A DNA stretch of 64,000 bases from Malacoraja senta (GCA_038087875.1 JAXLNO010000664.1:1-64000); one strand, 5' to 3'. Positions 10,556-24,002 are shown, counted from the stretch's first letter. Notes: generated by a model from the sequence alone, not told the origin. A program made the numbers and translations.

Positions 10556-10905
10556 ACTGTGCCTGCAGTGTATACCATGTGCAAATTGAATCACCCTGGC
10601 TACTCAGACAGCACCTCCCAAAGCCATTATTACCAAGAAGGATAAGGGCAGGAGATGCATGAGAAGAATGGTATCTGCAGCTTCCACTCCAGGCCACACA
10701 TCAGCCTGACTTGTAAACGCCATGTTCATTCATCATGGCTTGATCTAAGTCCTGGACTCCCTCCTTCACAGCACCATTGGAGCACCTTCTCCAGAAGGAC
10801 CACTGAGGGCCACCACCGCCTTCTCACTGGCAGGCAGGAACGGGCAATAAATAATAGCTGTGCTAGTGACGCCCACATCTCAGAAAATGATTGAGTAAAC
10901 AAAAA
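10556..10905 (+). mobile_element. Older CR1-like LINE 3' end (different family)
   Basis: Terminal ggcaataaat..gctagtgacgcccacatc..A-rich pattern of LINE 3' ends; degraded. Confidence 0.55.
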
Positions 10906-11475
10906 TAACTTAGGAAAAAATGAGAGGCAGAAAGGAAAGGGAAATTGGCAGTTTAAGTCACACATTTGCTTTCTGTATTCCTGCACTCAGCTCTAACTGA
11001 TGTACTCTGCATGTCAACACCAGAAATGATGTGCAATTAAATTGCTGACTGGCTGGAATTGGTGGACTTGGCTGTAATCCACAATCTTCTGAGAAATACC
11101 TTGAGGTTGTTTGAAGAAGCGATCAGTAACTGCTCCAGTATCAAAGAGAAATGAATCGAATGGGAACATTGACAAGGTATAGGTAAAAAGGCAGCTTTTG
11201 GATTTGCATATAGGTAACTGGCTTTGTTTGAAAACAAATCAAACAAGTGCTGTTGGCAGGCATCTTATTTGGCTGGATATGTTTGTGCTTTCAGGACAAC
11301 TGATCCATTTGCAAGTGTTCCTGACATTATTAGGTCTCTTGTACATGCTCAGTCAAAATAGCTTAGATGGAGCATCTTGGTCAGCATGGACGAGTTGGGC
11401 CGAAGGGCCTATATTTGCGGTGCTTGAGTCCGTGACTCTAAATTACTTCAGGCCCACTGATGCGCTGAATCATTT

Positions 11476-11845
11476 TAGTTTAGTTTAGTTTAGTTTAGTT
11501 TAGTTCAGTTTAGTTTATTGTCACTGGTGCAGTGAAAAGCTTTTGTTGCACGCTAACCAGTCAACGGAAAGACTACACATGATTACAATCGAGCGATCCA
11601 CAGTGTACAGATACATGATGAAGGGAATAATGGTTAGTGCAAGATAAAGTCCAGTAAAGTCTCCAATGAGGTAGATAGTAGCTCAGGACCGCTCTCTATT
11701 TGTTGATAGGATGATTCAGTTGCCTGATAACAGTTGGGAAGAAACTGTCCTTAAATCTGGAGGTGTGCGTTTTCACACTTCTGTACCTCTTGCCTGATGG
11801 GAGAGGGGAGAAGAGGGAGTGACCGGGCTGAGACTCATCCGTCAT
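11476..11845 (-). mobile_element. Rex1/Babar-like LINE 3' fragment
   Basis: Minus-strand peptide HSLFSPLPSGKRYRSVKTHTSRFKDSFFPTVIRQLN, then ttcactg..tgacaataaa(ctaaa)n tail. Confidence 0.75.
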
Positions 11846-11882
11846 TACTGAAGCATGCCAGCTTCTGAGAGAGATGGACTTC

Positions 11883-12135
11883 AACAAGACAATAGACAAT
11901 AGGTGCAGGAGTAGGCCATTCGGCCCTTCAAACCAGCACCGCCATTCACTGTGATCATGGCTGATCATCCACATTCAGTATCCCGTTCCTGCCTTCTCAT
12001 CATATCCCCTGACTCCGCTATCTTTAAGAGCTCTATCTAACTCTCTTGAAAGCATCCAGAGAATTGGCCTCCGCTGCCTTCTGAGGCAGAGAATTCCACA
12101 GATTCACATCTCTCTGGGTAATTCACAACTCTCTA
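11883..12135 (-). mobile_element. CR1-type LINE 3' fragment
   Basis: Reverse complement of gaatctgtggaattctctgcc..gaatggcctactcctgcacctattgtct. Confidence 0.8.
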
Positions 12136-12706
12136 GATGCTTTGGAAGGTTGGATCGCATGTGATTCAGGAGAGCCAGCCAACTGGTTAAAGAATTGGCT
12201 TTCTGGAAGGAAGCAGAGGGTGATAGTGGAAGGTTATTTTTCAGACTGGAGACTTCAAATTCCCCAGATATTTGTTTCTCCATTTCTACACTGCTGTCAT
12301 ATTTCGGACTCCAATCACTCTACCATTAGCAACCACAGGCGCTAAAGCCACAAACTCTGCCCCTCACTCCATAAACCACTCTTGCTTTTCAACTTGTTTC
12401 CCGTCCTTCAATAGTTCAATGGTCCTTTCATTATCACATGTAAAAAGGTACAGTGAAATTCTTTATTTTTGCATGCAGGTCAGTGAGACTATTGCCATAC
12501 AATCCCTTATTAAGTATCGAATGCATAGAAACAGCCAACTGAGTCCAAATGCAAGAGTCGCCTGGTTTTTGGCACCATTTCCAAAGTCCCAGTTCAGCTA
12601 GCCATAAAAACCCTTTGCAGCCATCACCTCCATCCGGATCGTCCAGCGAACAGTCGTCCCTCTCCTCGCCCGGCCTCTCCCAACCTTCAGCCTTTTGAGC
12701 CCCCCC

Positions 12707-13630
12707 TTTTTTTTGTCTCAAATATAATTTATTCAATCGCAATAAAAAACAATACTTACAACACAAAACAGCGGTAACACACCCATCATCATAGTACAAA
12801 ATCACCAAATTATCTAAGACTCGAAATTTTCAAATAATTATAATACAATCCTTATTGAGGTTACCCCCCGCGGTGCCCAGCGGTCCCAGAAATCCCCCAG
12901 AGTGCCCGTGGACAGCGCCTAGTCGCTTTCTAGTACCACCCAAGCACGAACATAACTCCGGAAAAGGGCAGGCAGGCAACCAACTTGGGCAGAGCCCTCT
13001 TCCGCCTGGCACTATGACTCGCGGATGGCCAGCTTGGCCAAGCCTTTGTACCCCGGGGGGGGAGGGGGGTGGGGTGGGATGGGGAGGGGGGTGGGGTGGG
13101 GGGGTGGGCGGCGGTGGGGTGCCTCCTGCAGCCGACCTTGAGGACGTAGAAGGTAACACTCCGGTTCTCCTCACAGGCCCGTTGTTCAGTGTCCATGGCC
13201 GACTCTCGGGTCTCCTTCTACTCCCCGGTTCCTGGTCTTCGGGGGCGAGTGGGAGACGAGCGTCAGATGAGGCTCCAACTCCAGGCAGCTTTCCCGGATC
13301 TGTGGTGGGCCAGCCAGCTGGGCTATGGTAGCAGCGCACGGCCCTCTGGGAGCTTCTACTGTGTACGGCCTCAAAACTGAATCGTAAGAACCTAGTTATA
13401 AAGTCACAGCAGGCTTGACAGAGGTCATTTAAGCAAATATACGTCAACCCATTGTCAGTAAGAGAACTCCCTCTGAGGTGCCAATTAGTAACGGAGCTTT
13501 TACTAGACTCCAAACCAATTCTTTCAAACAAACAGACCGTTTGTACTAATATGTCCTTACTTGTTATGGTGCTAAATCTCGTTTGGTAGCGTTCTTGCAA
13601 ATCGTGTTGGAATATTTCAGCTATATTGAA
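12707..13630 (-). mobile_element. Non-autonomous Tx1-derived retroposon (Tx1 ORF2 C-terminus and poly(A), fused to unrelated upstream sequence)
   Basis: About 12860-13050 translates on the minus strand as GLAKLAIRES..GCLP/LFRSYVRAWVVLE..ALSTGTLGDFWDRWAP, homologous to the last about 60 aa of ORF2 at 2693-6370; AATAAA at 12728-12733 and A-tail at 12707-12714 (minus). Confidence 0.75.
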
Positions 13631-13631
13631 A

Positions 13632-13927
13632 TTTAGATTAGTTTAGAGATGCAGGTCCTTCGGCCCACCGAGTCCACACCGACCAACGATTCCCGCACAC
13701 AAGCACTCTCCTACACACACAAGGGACAATTTATAATTTTACCAAAGCCAATTAACCTACAAATCTGTACATCTTTGGATTGTGGGAGGAAACCGGAGCT
13801 TCCGGAGAAAACCCATGCAGGTCACGGGGAGAACGTACAAAGTCCGTACAGACAGCACCCGTTGTCAGGATCGAACCGGGGTCTCTGGCGCTGTAAGGCA
13901 GTTACTCTACCACTGCGCCACCGTGCA
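13632..13927 (-). mobile_element. HE1-like V-SINE, near full length
   Basis: Head, V-domain and tail all present in reverse complement. Confidence 0.85.
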
Positions 13928-14596
13928 GCTATGAAATGGCCTGTAAAAATGTTGATTGTTTTTGTAGGAATTAGCATTGACTGTTGCTGGTTCCCTGAAT
14001 AAAGCATTGAATACAATCACTCCACAAAATTACATTATATAGACAGGCAATATAATATAATTACATCCAGATGCCATTTAGGATGCTGTTGATAGCTCAT
14101 TATTTGCTTTATTAAACTATTTAAGCACTTGAGTAGAGTACTGCATTGTAATCACTCCCAGGTTACTATTATTTTATATATAACATGCTTGAAGACAACT
14201 GTGAATGGCTGTTTACGTTGTCTTGACAATGTTGAGCACCAATCTAGGTCAGATATTGCAGAGAAGCTCTCCAACTGATAATTGTAGCACATACATTTCA
14301 GCTTAGTACTATTCCATTTGGGAACAATGAAAATGGATGTTAAATAATCATGCAAACAATTCAAAACCATAATTGCTCTTCGTATGTTTCGATGTAACAG
14401 AAAAGAAACACGTACATTACTCTCGTTTCTTTTTGACGGTTAATGTACTCAAAGACCTTGGGGAGTTGATTGGATTGATTGTCATTCCCTTTTTGATAAT
14501 AAGAACAGGATAAATTCCAGTCAGCTACACCATTTCTTTGTTCAATGGAAACAATACGAATGAGTCAAAACAAAGTGCTGGAGCAACTCAACAGGT

Positions 14597-14878
14597 CGGT
14601 ACGGTGGCACAACGGTAAAGTTGCTGCCTTACAGCGCCAGAGACCCGGGTTTCATCCTGACCACGGGTGATGTCTGTACACAGTTTGTGCTTTCCCCCCT
14701 GTGACCACGTGGGTTTTCTCCAGGTGCTCCGGTTTTCTCCCACACTCCAAATACGTAGAGGTTTGTGGGTTAATTGGAATCGGTAAAATTGTAATTTGTC
14801 CCTAGTGTGTTGGATAGTACTAGTGTATGGGATGATCGCTTGTTGGTGCGAACACGTATCACCAATGCCTAAAGTCTA
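14597..14878 (+). mobile_element. HE1-like V-SINE
   Basis: acggtggcacaacggtaaagttgctgccttacagcgccagagacccgggtt.. head and V-domain. Confidence 0.85.
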
Positions 14879-14944
14879 GTGCCATTGTCTATTTTTATAA
14901 CCATTCGAGGAGCCAGGCAGGGCAAAGACAACTCTGATTGTGCA

Positions 14945-15247
14945 GGTCTAGAGGTCATAGACGTCATAGCCTCAGAATTATAGGGCGTTCTTTTAGGAAT
15001 GAGATGAGGAGAAATTTATTTAGTCAGAGGGTGGTGAATCTGTGGAATTCTTCGCCACATAAGGCTGTAGAGACCAAATCAGTTTTTAAGGCAGAGATAG
15101 ATAGATTTTTGATTAGTGCGAGTGTCAGAGGTTATGGGGAGAAGGCAGGAGAATGGGGTTAGGAGGGTGAGATAGATCAGCCGATTGAATGGCGGAGTAG
15201 ACTTGATGGGCCAAATGGCCTAATTCTACTCCTATCACTTATGACCT
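14945..15247 (+). mobile_element. CR1-type LINE 3' fragment
   Basis: HSLRIIGRSFRNEMRRNLFSQRVVNLWNS; tail gaatggcctaattctactcctatcacttatgacc. Confidence 0.85.
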
Positions 15248-15572
15248 TTTGCGGTGAGACTATTTCTGAGGTGGGATTGGACCACAGAACTATTTGTTTC
15301 AGTTGAAAATTCTGCTCAATATCTTCTGCCAACTGAAAAGAAAAGAACTTAAGAGCTGAAAATAAAGCAATGGATCTAAAGTTTCAAGTTTAAAGGGTCA
15401 AGCATCCATCAGGCTATTAAACACGACATCAAATAAGCTCTGAACTACAACAGACTATTATTATTGCACTATAATTGTTTGTTTTTTGAGTATGTGTGTA
15501 TGTGTATATATACACTGAACTTTTCCTATCATTTATGTACTATGTTTACATATACTATTGTGCTGCAGCAAG

Positions 15573-15781
15573 TTAAGGGCCTGTCCCACCTGGGCGTCAT
15601 TTGCACGTCACACAGGTGGCGCGCAAAGATTTTGTGAATCCCAAAATCTTGGGTCGCCGTGCGCGACCACGCGTCACTGCCTACGTCACCACGCACCATG
15701 CGCACATAATGCGCACCATGTGCGCGTCGTGACGTGTAAATGATGTCACGTAAATGACACCCAAGTGGGGCAGGCCCTTAA
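15573..15781. mobile_element. MITE, TTAAGGGCCTGTCCCAC...GTGGGGCAGGCCCTTAA, inserted in a Rex1-like tail
   Basis: Terminal inverted repeats of about 35 bp; host sequence gcaag|gaatttcattgttc resumes on both sides. Confidence 0.8.
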
Positions 15782-15880
15782 GAATTTCATTGTTCTACCT
15801 GGGACATATGACAATAAAACACTCTTGAATCTTGCCTCTCTTCAAAATCGACGTATGGATGGTTGCAAAACATTTGGCTG

Positions 15881-16300
15881 GTACAGGTGGCACAGCTGGT
15901 AGAACTGCTGCCTCACAGCGCCAGAGACCCACGTTTGATCCTGACCTCAGATGCTGTCTATGCCGAGTTTTCACGTTTTCCCTGTGTCCACATGGGCTTC
16001 TTCCACATGCTCTCGTTCCTCCCACATCCCATAGATGTGCAGGTATGTTAGATAAACAGCCTCTGTAAATTGCCACTAGTTTGTAGGGAGTGGATGAAAA
16101 AATGGGATGACATAGAACTGATGTGAATAGATGTAGGAAAGAACTGCAGATGCTGGTTTAAACCAAAGATAGACACAAAAAGCTGGAGTAACTCGGTGTG
16201 TCTCTTTGGAGAAATGGAATTGATGACGTTTCCGGTTCAGATTAGGTGATGGTTTAGATTCATTTGGCAAAAGGGCCTGTTCCCATGCAGTATATTTCAC
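15881..16300 (+). mobile_element. HE1-like V-SINE interrupted by a Penelope-like terminal fragment (about 16132-16240)
   Basis: SINE head and V-domain at 15881-16130, tail near 16260-16300. Confidence 0.7.
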
Positions 16301-16435
16301 TCAATCAATTGGTCAATCAATCAATTGACCAATCAATCAATTAAAGACAGCACCCATTTGTTACCCAGATATGGAATGAACAGTGAACAGGTTGTTTACC
16401 CTTTTTAATTTAGTTTAGTTCAGAGATACAGCGCG

Positions 16436-16640
16436 TGTAATGAGTCGAGTCAAACACATATCAGGATACAACACCTGTTTATTAAATGTACTTACAGAAT
16501 CAGTCTGCAGGACATAACAGTTCCGAGCAGCTACTCATACTGAATGGCGTAGGCAAACTCTTGCTAATATAAAACGCATATTGGGCGGAGCAACTACTAA
16601 CAAGCACTACAATTGCCTAGTAGGAAATAACCAATCTACA
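16436..16640 (-). repeat. 3' LTR of the Gypsy element
   Basis: Direct repeat of 19204-19412; TGTAA...CTACA. Confidence 0.92.
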
Positions 16641-16745
16641 TCTTTCCTTGTAGAAACAAAAAGAAAGCATCGGTACATAGGAACATGGTGGTTAAGCAAT
16701 ATAGGTAGTGGAATGCTAATAACGCATATAGGGAAGTTTATATAG

Positions 16746-19127
16746 TTACACAAAATCACCGTACCTAATGGGTGGCCTCCTAACCCGTCCGGCATGTGTG
16801 CAGTACAAATCTGCTTCACCTCCTTTCACCGAAGAAGATACTGGGGAGGGAACGGGAGAGGTGACCGGGGACCCGACGGGGCGGGGAGGTGTTGAGATAG
16901 GCGAGCCAGGCGCCGAATGCCGCGGGGTGGCTGCGGTGGAAACAGTCTCTGATAGTGGAGCAGCAGGACCGGTAGTGGGAGGGAATACAAAATGTGAGAC
17001 ATCTGGATATGGAGTCGCAGGACGCGGTTCCTTCACTGGAAGGATATGTTGACGGTTGCGTCTGTAAATGGCTCCGTCCGCTTCAACCAGATAAGAGCGC
17101 GGTTCTTTGGCAGGGCCGTAGATATGACCCAGACGGCCATAGCCCTTGTTGGTCTGGAGGCAAACCACCTGTCCACTGGTGTGAGGTTTAAGTGGCTTAC
17201 TGGATTTGTCTAAAAAACAATTCTGTGTATCGCGTTTGAATTGTAGTTGTTGCTGGACCGCAGGCGGAGAACAAACTCATGGCTGCAAATGCTGCTGGGA
17301 CACAGGCAGGGAAGCACGGGTTTGGCGAGACATCAGTCGCTGGGCTGGGGAATCCAGTATGGGATCCCTTGCAATGTTCCTTAAGTTGAGCAGGTCTAAG
17401 TAGACGTCCGATTTTGCAAGGTACGAACGCAAGGGTGGACGAGTCTGGGTCCAGTGGAATCGGCCAAAATGAGCTTTTGGCATCCAGAACGGAGAACACT
17501 GATGCGTTGCCTAGTTGAGCAGCAACTTCCTCTACTGTTTGCGTAGGGTAGTACAGGCGTTTGATAGCAGTGTTGAGATCTCTGGGGTTTATGCAGATAT
17601 GGATCTCCTCCTTGTTTTTTTTTGTTGCAACCACCATAGTGAAAACCTGGTCAGATGGGCCGGTAACTTCAGCAATAACACCCATGGAGACCATCCGCTT
17701 GAGTTCATCGTGTAATCTGTCACGCAGGGCATGCCGAAACACTATGTGGTGCTTGGACCACAGGAGTTACGTTGGGATCAATGACAATGTGGTATTTGAG
17801 GGGCAACTTGCCAAGCTCATTGTTAAACAGTTCTTTGTATTAAGAGAGTACTTGCTGAGTGGGTCTCTCAGCGAGAAAGAGTTGATGGACATGCGGCCAA
17901 AATATACCAGGCCTAGATCGTGGCATGCATTGATACCGAGCAAAGTCTCTGAAACCCCCTTGATGATATAAAACTTTAGGGTATGGGGCTGCGTGTCTAT
18001 GGTGCACTTTAAATTAGTCTGTCCAAGTGGGTGTAGAACATCTCCCTGTAGGCCCGAAGCATGGCCGAGGCCTTTTCAATACGTTCAACACTACAATTTT
18101 TTTTAAACTCTGATTACGAGATGACGTTGCATTTCGCTCCCGCATCAACCTTGGCGATCACAGGTCTGTTATTCACAAACATGATTACCTGAGGGTCAAA
18201 TTGCTCGTTAGATGAAGGGAGGAGAGAGTGGATGGCTGAACTGTTATCTGTACTTTCAGAGAGCCGAGCGTGGGATGGCAAGTCAGGCTCTTGGTATTCG
18301 TTATCAGCAAGCTCATGTTGTAACAGTGGCAGGCTTGTCCTTGGGGCAGACTGAGTCGCACGGGAACAGCAACATCTCGCAAAGTGGTTTAATTTCTTGC
18401 AGAAATTACAGGTTTTACCAAAAGCAATACAGAACTGTCCACCCAGAGCATGAAAATAGTTGCAATTAGGACATCGAGCTGCAGATGATCTCTGCTGTCA
18501 GGCCAGAGAGGGCTGGGAACGGTTGTAACGATAGGAGGTGTCTGTAAGACTGACACTATACTGCAAACACTGACCGGAGGTCACAGACTTAGTGTGAGAA
18601 GATGTTATCTCAGCAATCAGCTTGATTAAGCGTCAGGTCAGTGTTACGAAGCATCTCTTAACTTGCTATCAAGCATACCTCGAACAATTTTGTCACGGAT
18701 GAGTTTATCGCACAGATCACGAAACTGGCAGCGTGCAGCCATGTGCTTTAAGCGCTGATAAAACGTTCAATCGGTTCATCAATATGTTGCATACGAGCAT
18801 AAAACTTGGTACATTCAATAATGTAGTTCGAGGGCAGGTCACACAACTGTCTGAACTTTGCAAGTAAGACGGCAGGGTCATCAATCGTCTCTGCAGGCAC
18901 TAGGACCTGTCCATTAGCATCTAAAATGGCAGGCTCAAATGTGCAATTGTCAGCATGATTCATTGCCTCTGGGCCAGCTAAGTTGAGTAATACAGAAGCA
19001 CGCACACCAGGAGGGTCATTGCGATGAACGATGTGAACATAGTGAGTGTAGTCACGCTCAAAAAGATGCCAGCGTTCAGCAATGTCAGAGTCAAAGATCA
19101 GAGGACTAGGACGGCGAGTTTGCCATG
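16746..19127 (-). pseudogene. Disrupted gag-pol of the Gypsy element
   Basis: gag PLIFDSDIAERWHLFERDY..LLNLAGPEA; RT LRDRLHDELKRM..ICINPRDLN..FSVLDAKSSFW; integrase tail LLNLRN..SPAQRLMSRQTR and PRSYLVE..YRRNRQH; frameshifts and stops. Confidence 0.88.
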
Positions 19128-19203
19128 ATAGAGATAACCGGCACATAAACAAATTTAAAAAAAGAAAAAAACAATAAACGTGAACGGAGTAGGTAAGACA
19201 CCA

Positions 19204-19412
19204 TGTAATGAATCGAGTCAAACACATATCAGGATACAACACATGCTTATTAAATGTACTTGCAGAATCAGTCCACAGGACATTACATACAGTTCCTGGC
19301 AGCTACTCATACTGAATGGCGTAGGCAAACTCTTGCTAATATAAAACGCATATTCGGCGGAACAACTACTAACAAGCACGACAATTGACTAGTAGGAAAT
19401 AACCAATCTACA
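19204..19412 (-). repeat. 5' LTR of the Gypsy element
   Basis: Direct repeat of 16436-16640, with roughly a dozen substitutions and one 4-bp indel. Confidence 0.92.
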
Positions 19413-19686
19413 GCGGAAACAGGCCCTTCGGTCCACTGAGTCCATACCGACCAGCGATCCCCGCATATTAACACTATCTACACACACTAGGGACAATTTT
19501 TGCAGCCAATTAACCTACAAACCTGTACATCTTTGGAGTGTGGGAGGAAACAGAAGATCTGGGAGAAAACCCATGCAGGTCATGGGGAGAACGTACAAAC
19601 TCCGTACAGATAGCACCGGTTGTGATTAAACCTCTGTCTCGGGCACTGTAAGGCAGCAACTCTACCACTGTACCATCGTGCCGCCG
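19413..19686 (-). mobile_element. HE1-like V-SINE hosting the Gypsy insertion (its tail is at about 16408-16435)
   Basis: agagatacagcgcg|element|gcggaaacaggcccttcgg rejoins the SINE tail. Confidence 0.85.
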
Positions 19687-20399
19687 TGACATTTGTTACG
19701 TCAGCACAGATTCATATATATTTGTTGTCTTGTAAGCTGCCTTAATATATCACTTCTCATCTCCACAGCCTGTGGTCCTGTTGTTGATGGCATATTAGAT
19801 GATATTTAATATTTGGTTTGAAACTCAAGATCTAAATTTTTTTTAAATCAATGCAATAGCTAAGCGTTGCAGAATCATTGATGGATTTTTCTCGATCACA
19901 TTGTAAATGAGAACCGATGAGTGAAATTCAACTGGCATGAAACGCAGTTTGCACTCAATAGTTTTAAATTTAACCATATAAATTACTTCATTCAGACACC
20001 AGAACTAATTAGGTTTTGTATAACTTGGAAGCAGGGTGTGTGTTGAATATGAGAAAAATACCACACACGCAGTGTGCTATACAATAGTATGAAACATCGG
20101 CTTGCAAATAAAATCTCATGAATTTCCTTGTAATTTCTTGACACTTTTACATATCACCACAATCCCAAACCCATAAACCGAGATTCTTAGGCTGTTGATT
20201 AGTAAGGGTGTAAAATGTTACGGAGAGAAGGCTGAAGAATGGGGTTGAGAGGGAAAAATAGATCAGCCATGATCGAATGGAGGAATAAACTCAATGGCTG
20301 AACCACTCTTGCGTTTTAAGATCTTACGAACCAACATTTGCAGTGTAATATGTGATTGATTGTGTGTATATGTGCATCTGGTCTGTGTGCAGATGCACA

Positions 20400-20915
20400 T
20401 AGAGCATAAGACAGTGCAGCATAGGAAAAGGCATTTTAGCCCACAATGTTTATGGTGACCAGGATGTCAAGCTAAACTAAACTCACCTGCCTGTACATGA
20501 TCCATATCCTCCATTCCCTGCAGATCAATATACTTATCCAAAAGTCTCTTAAATGCCACTATCATATTTGCTTCCACCACCACCATCCCTGGCAGTGCTT
20601 TCCAGGCACTCACCACCCTGTGTAAAATACTTACCCTGCACATCTCCTTTAAACATTTCCTCTCTCGCCTTAAGGCTGTGCCCTCTAGACTATGACCTTG
20701 GGAAAAGGGTTATATCTTTCTAACTGATCTATGCCTCTCATAATTTTATAAAATCTTATGGTTCCCCCTCAGCCTCTGATAATCCAGAAAAAAACAATGC
20801 AAGTTTGTCCAACCTCTCATTTTAACTAATGCCCCCCTAATCCCGGCAGCATTCTGGTAAATCTCTTCTGCACCATCTCCAAAGCGCCCACAACCTTCTG
20901 GCGACCAGAACTGCA
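20400..20915 (-). mobile_element. CR1-type LINE 3' fragment
   Basis: Same layout as the 9950 and 57638 copies, more diverged. Confidence 0.75.
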
Positions 20916-21039
20916 CTGATAGCTTCCGTTACTAGCTTGATGGCCATGTTAAATCCCATTGCATTTTATATGTGTGATTATGCGTGTGTCTCTGAGTATG
21001 CATTTTGTGTGCACGTATTTAATTGTGTATTTGTATGAG

Positions 21040-22110
<1,071 letters not shown>

Positions 22111-22823
22111 CTATGAGTTTCTGCAAAATAAATTGCTTACAGACTTTGACTGCACTGTGGTTCTGTTGACTGATGCCAGTGGATCAGCAACTGTCACATA
22201 AACAAACCATTTCTCTGACAAAGACTGAATATCCTGGAAATGCTGCAGTATTTGGAGAGAGCTGTGGAGAGAGAAATCTTTTTGGTTTATGTCCTATTAT
22301 TGACAATGTCTTTCAATGCAGGGACCAGTCAATGAGATCCAATGGTGCTTATTTGTTGCGTCAATAAAGCATTCTGTCAACTATTTAAAAGAATGTAAAT
22401 AAAAAAAGCAAGAAGTGTATTTTGCTCAACACACACCATATTGTAAAATGACAACAACATTTTTTTCTCTTTTTTTCCAGACCTTTTATTTCTCTCTTTC
22501 TGTCTCCCACTCTTTCTCTTTCTTTTTCTATCTCACATTCCAAAGACATGCAGGTTTGTAGGTTAATCTGTAAATTTGCCTTGGGCGTGTAGGATGCGAA
22601 ACTGGGATAAAATAGAACTAGTGATTGTTGGTCGCATGGACGCAGTGGGCCGAAGGGCCTGTTGATGTATCTGTGTTGTATCTCTAAATTAAAATAAATT
22701 AATGGACAAGTTGGAATATAGTAGAGAAAATTGAGAGATCATCTGCTTTGGGGGAAAAATGAGTGTATATTTTAAAATGGTGGGAGATGCAAAATTGTTC
22801 GTGTTCATCAGTATAGATAGAGG

Positions 22824-23109
22824 CAGGCACTCCTGACTTACGTAAACTTGCACTTAACTTAAACAATTCTTTAAGCCCACCGTTTTATTTCCGAGATTCC
22901 GTGGGCTCCACGATGGAGCTCCCCCCGTGGTCTCCACATTGGAGCACCCCCCGAGGTCACTGTGTCAGAGCTCCCCCTGTGGTCTCTGTGTCGGAGCACC
23001 CCCCGTGGTCTCTGTGTCGGAGCTCCCGCATGATATTCCGACTTATGTAACATCTGCCTTACGCAAGGGTCTGCGGGACATAACCCTTACGTAGGTCGGG
23101 GAGCATCTG
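22824..23109. mobile_element. Tigger/pogo-like MITE with an internal tandem repeat of about 24 bp
   Basis: caggcactcctgacttacg ... cgtaggtcggggagcatctg imperfect TIRs; TA TSD not preserved; sits within a degraded CR1. Confidence 0.55.
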
Positions 23110-23686
23110 GACTTGATGGTCAGCATGTTCATAGTGAGCGGAGATGGACACGGTGAACTTAGATGGAACTGGATGTCCTTGTACATGAATCTTTGAAATG
23201 TAATATACAGACACAACAGTTAGGAAGGAAAAGTGGATATGTACCTTTATGGTGAGAGTATTTGAGTATAAATACAGAGACATCTTCCTCCAATTATGTA
23301 TGTCCCTGGCGAGTCCCCGTCTAGAATACTGTGATTGTGATATACTAGTGACAGAAGATGGGCAGTAAAGGTTCACCACCTGATGCCTGGTTAGGTAGAT
23401 TTATCATGCGAGGTGAAACAAAGGCCCTGTACACTCATAGAGTCAGAGAGTTGTAGAGTCCAACAGCACAGACATAGACCCTTTGGCCCACCAGGTTTAT
23501 GCCAACTGTCAAGTACCTATATATATATTAATCTCATTTTTAATTACTTGGCCAATAAACGTTCATGTCTTGGCTGTCTAACGTCTTGGCTACTTACGTG
23601 TTTGTCTAGATTGAACACCAATGAAACTCCAAACTACCAACTGACTGGGGATGCACTAGGGACTTTAGGCTTTGTTTTGTTTTGCA

Positions 23687-24002
23687 TTAGTTTAGTTTAG
23701 TTTTAGGTACAGCGCGAAAACAGGCCCTTCGGCCCACCGAGTCTGTGCCGACCAGCCCCATCACCCCGTACACTAGCACAATCCTACACACTTGGGACAA
23801 TTTACAATTTTTATCGAAGCCAATTAACCTAAAAGCCTGTACGTCTTTGGAGTGTAGGAGGAAACCGGAGCACTCGGAGAAAGCCCATGCGGTTACGGGG
23901 AAGAACGTAAAACTCTGTACAGACGGCAACCGTAGTCAGGATTGAACCCGGGTCTCTGGCACTGTAAGGCAGCAACTCCACCGCTGTGTTACTGTGCCAC
24001 CC
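23687..24002 (-). mobile_element. HE1-like V-SINE
   Basis: Full head, V-domain and (TTTAG)n tail in reverse complement. Confidence 0.85.

Larger units (their letters stand above)
16436..19412 (-). mobile_element. Ty3/Gypsy (Mag-like) LTR retrotransposon, internally deleted and non-autonomous
   Basis: TG..CA LTRs at 16436-16640 and 19204-19412; PBS-like TGGTGTC next to the 5' LTR (minus); PPT AAGGAAAGA at 16641-16649 (minus); gag, protease (KVDAGAKCNVIS), RT N-terminus and integrase C-terminus remnants. Confidence 0.92.

Noticed and set aside
22915..23028. CRISPR-like short repeats
   Set aside because: Head-to-tail minisatellite without unique spacers, in a eukaryotic context with no cas genes
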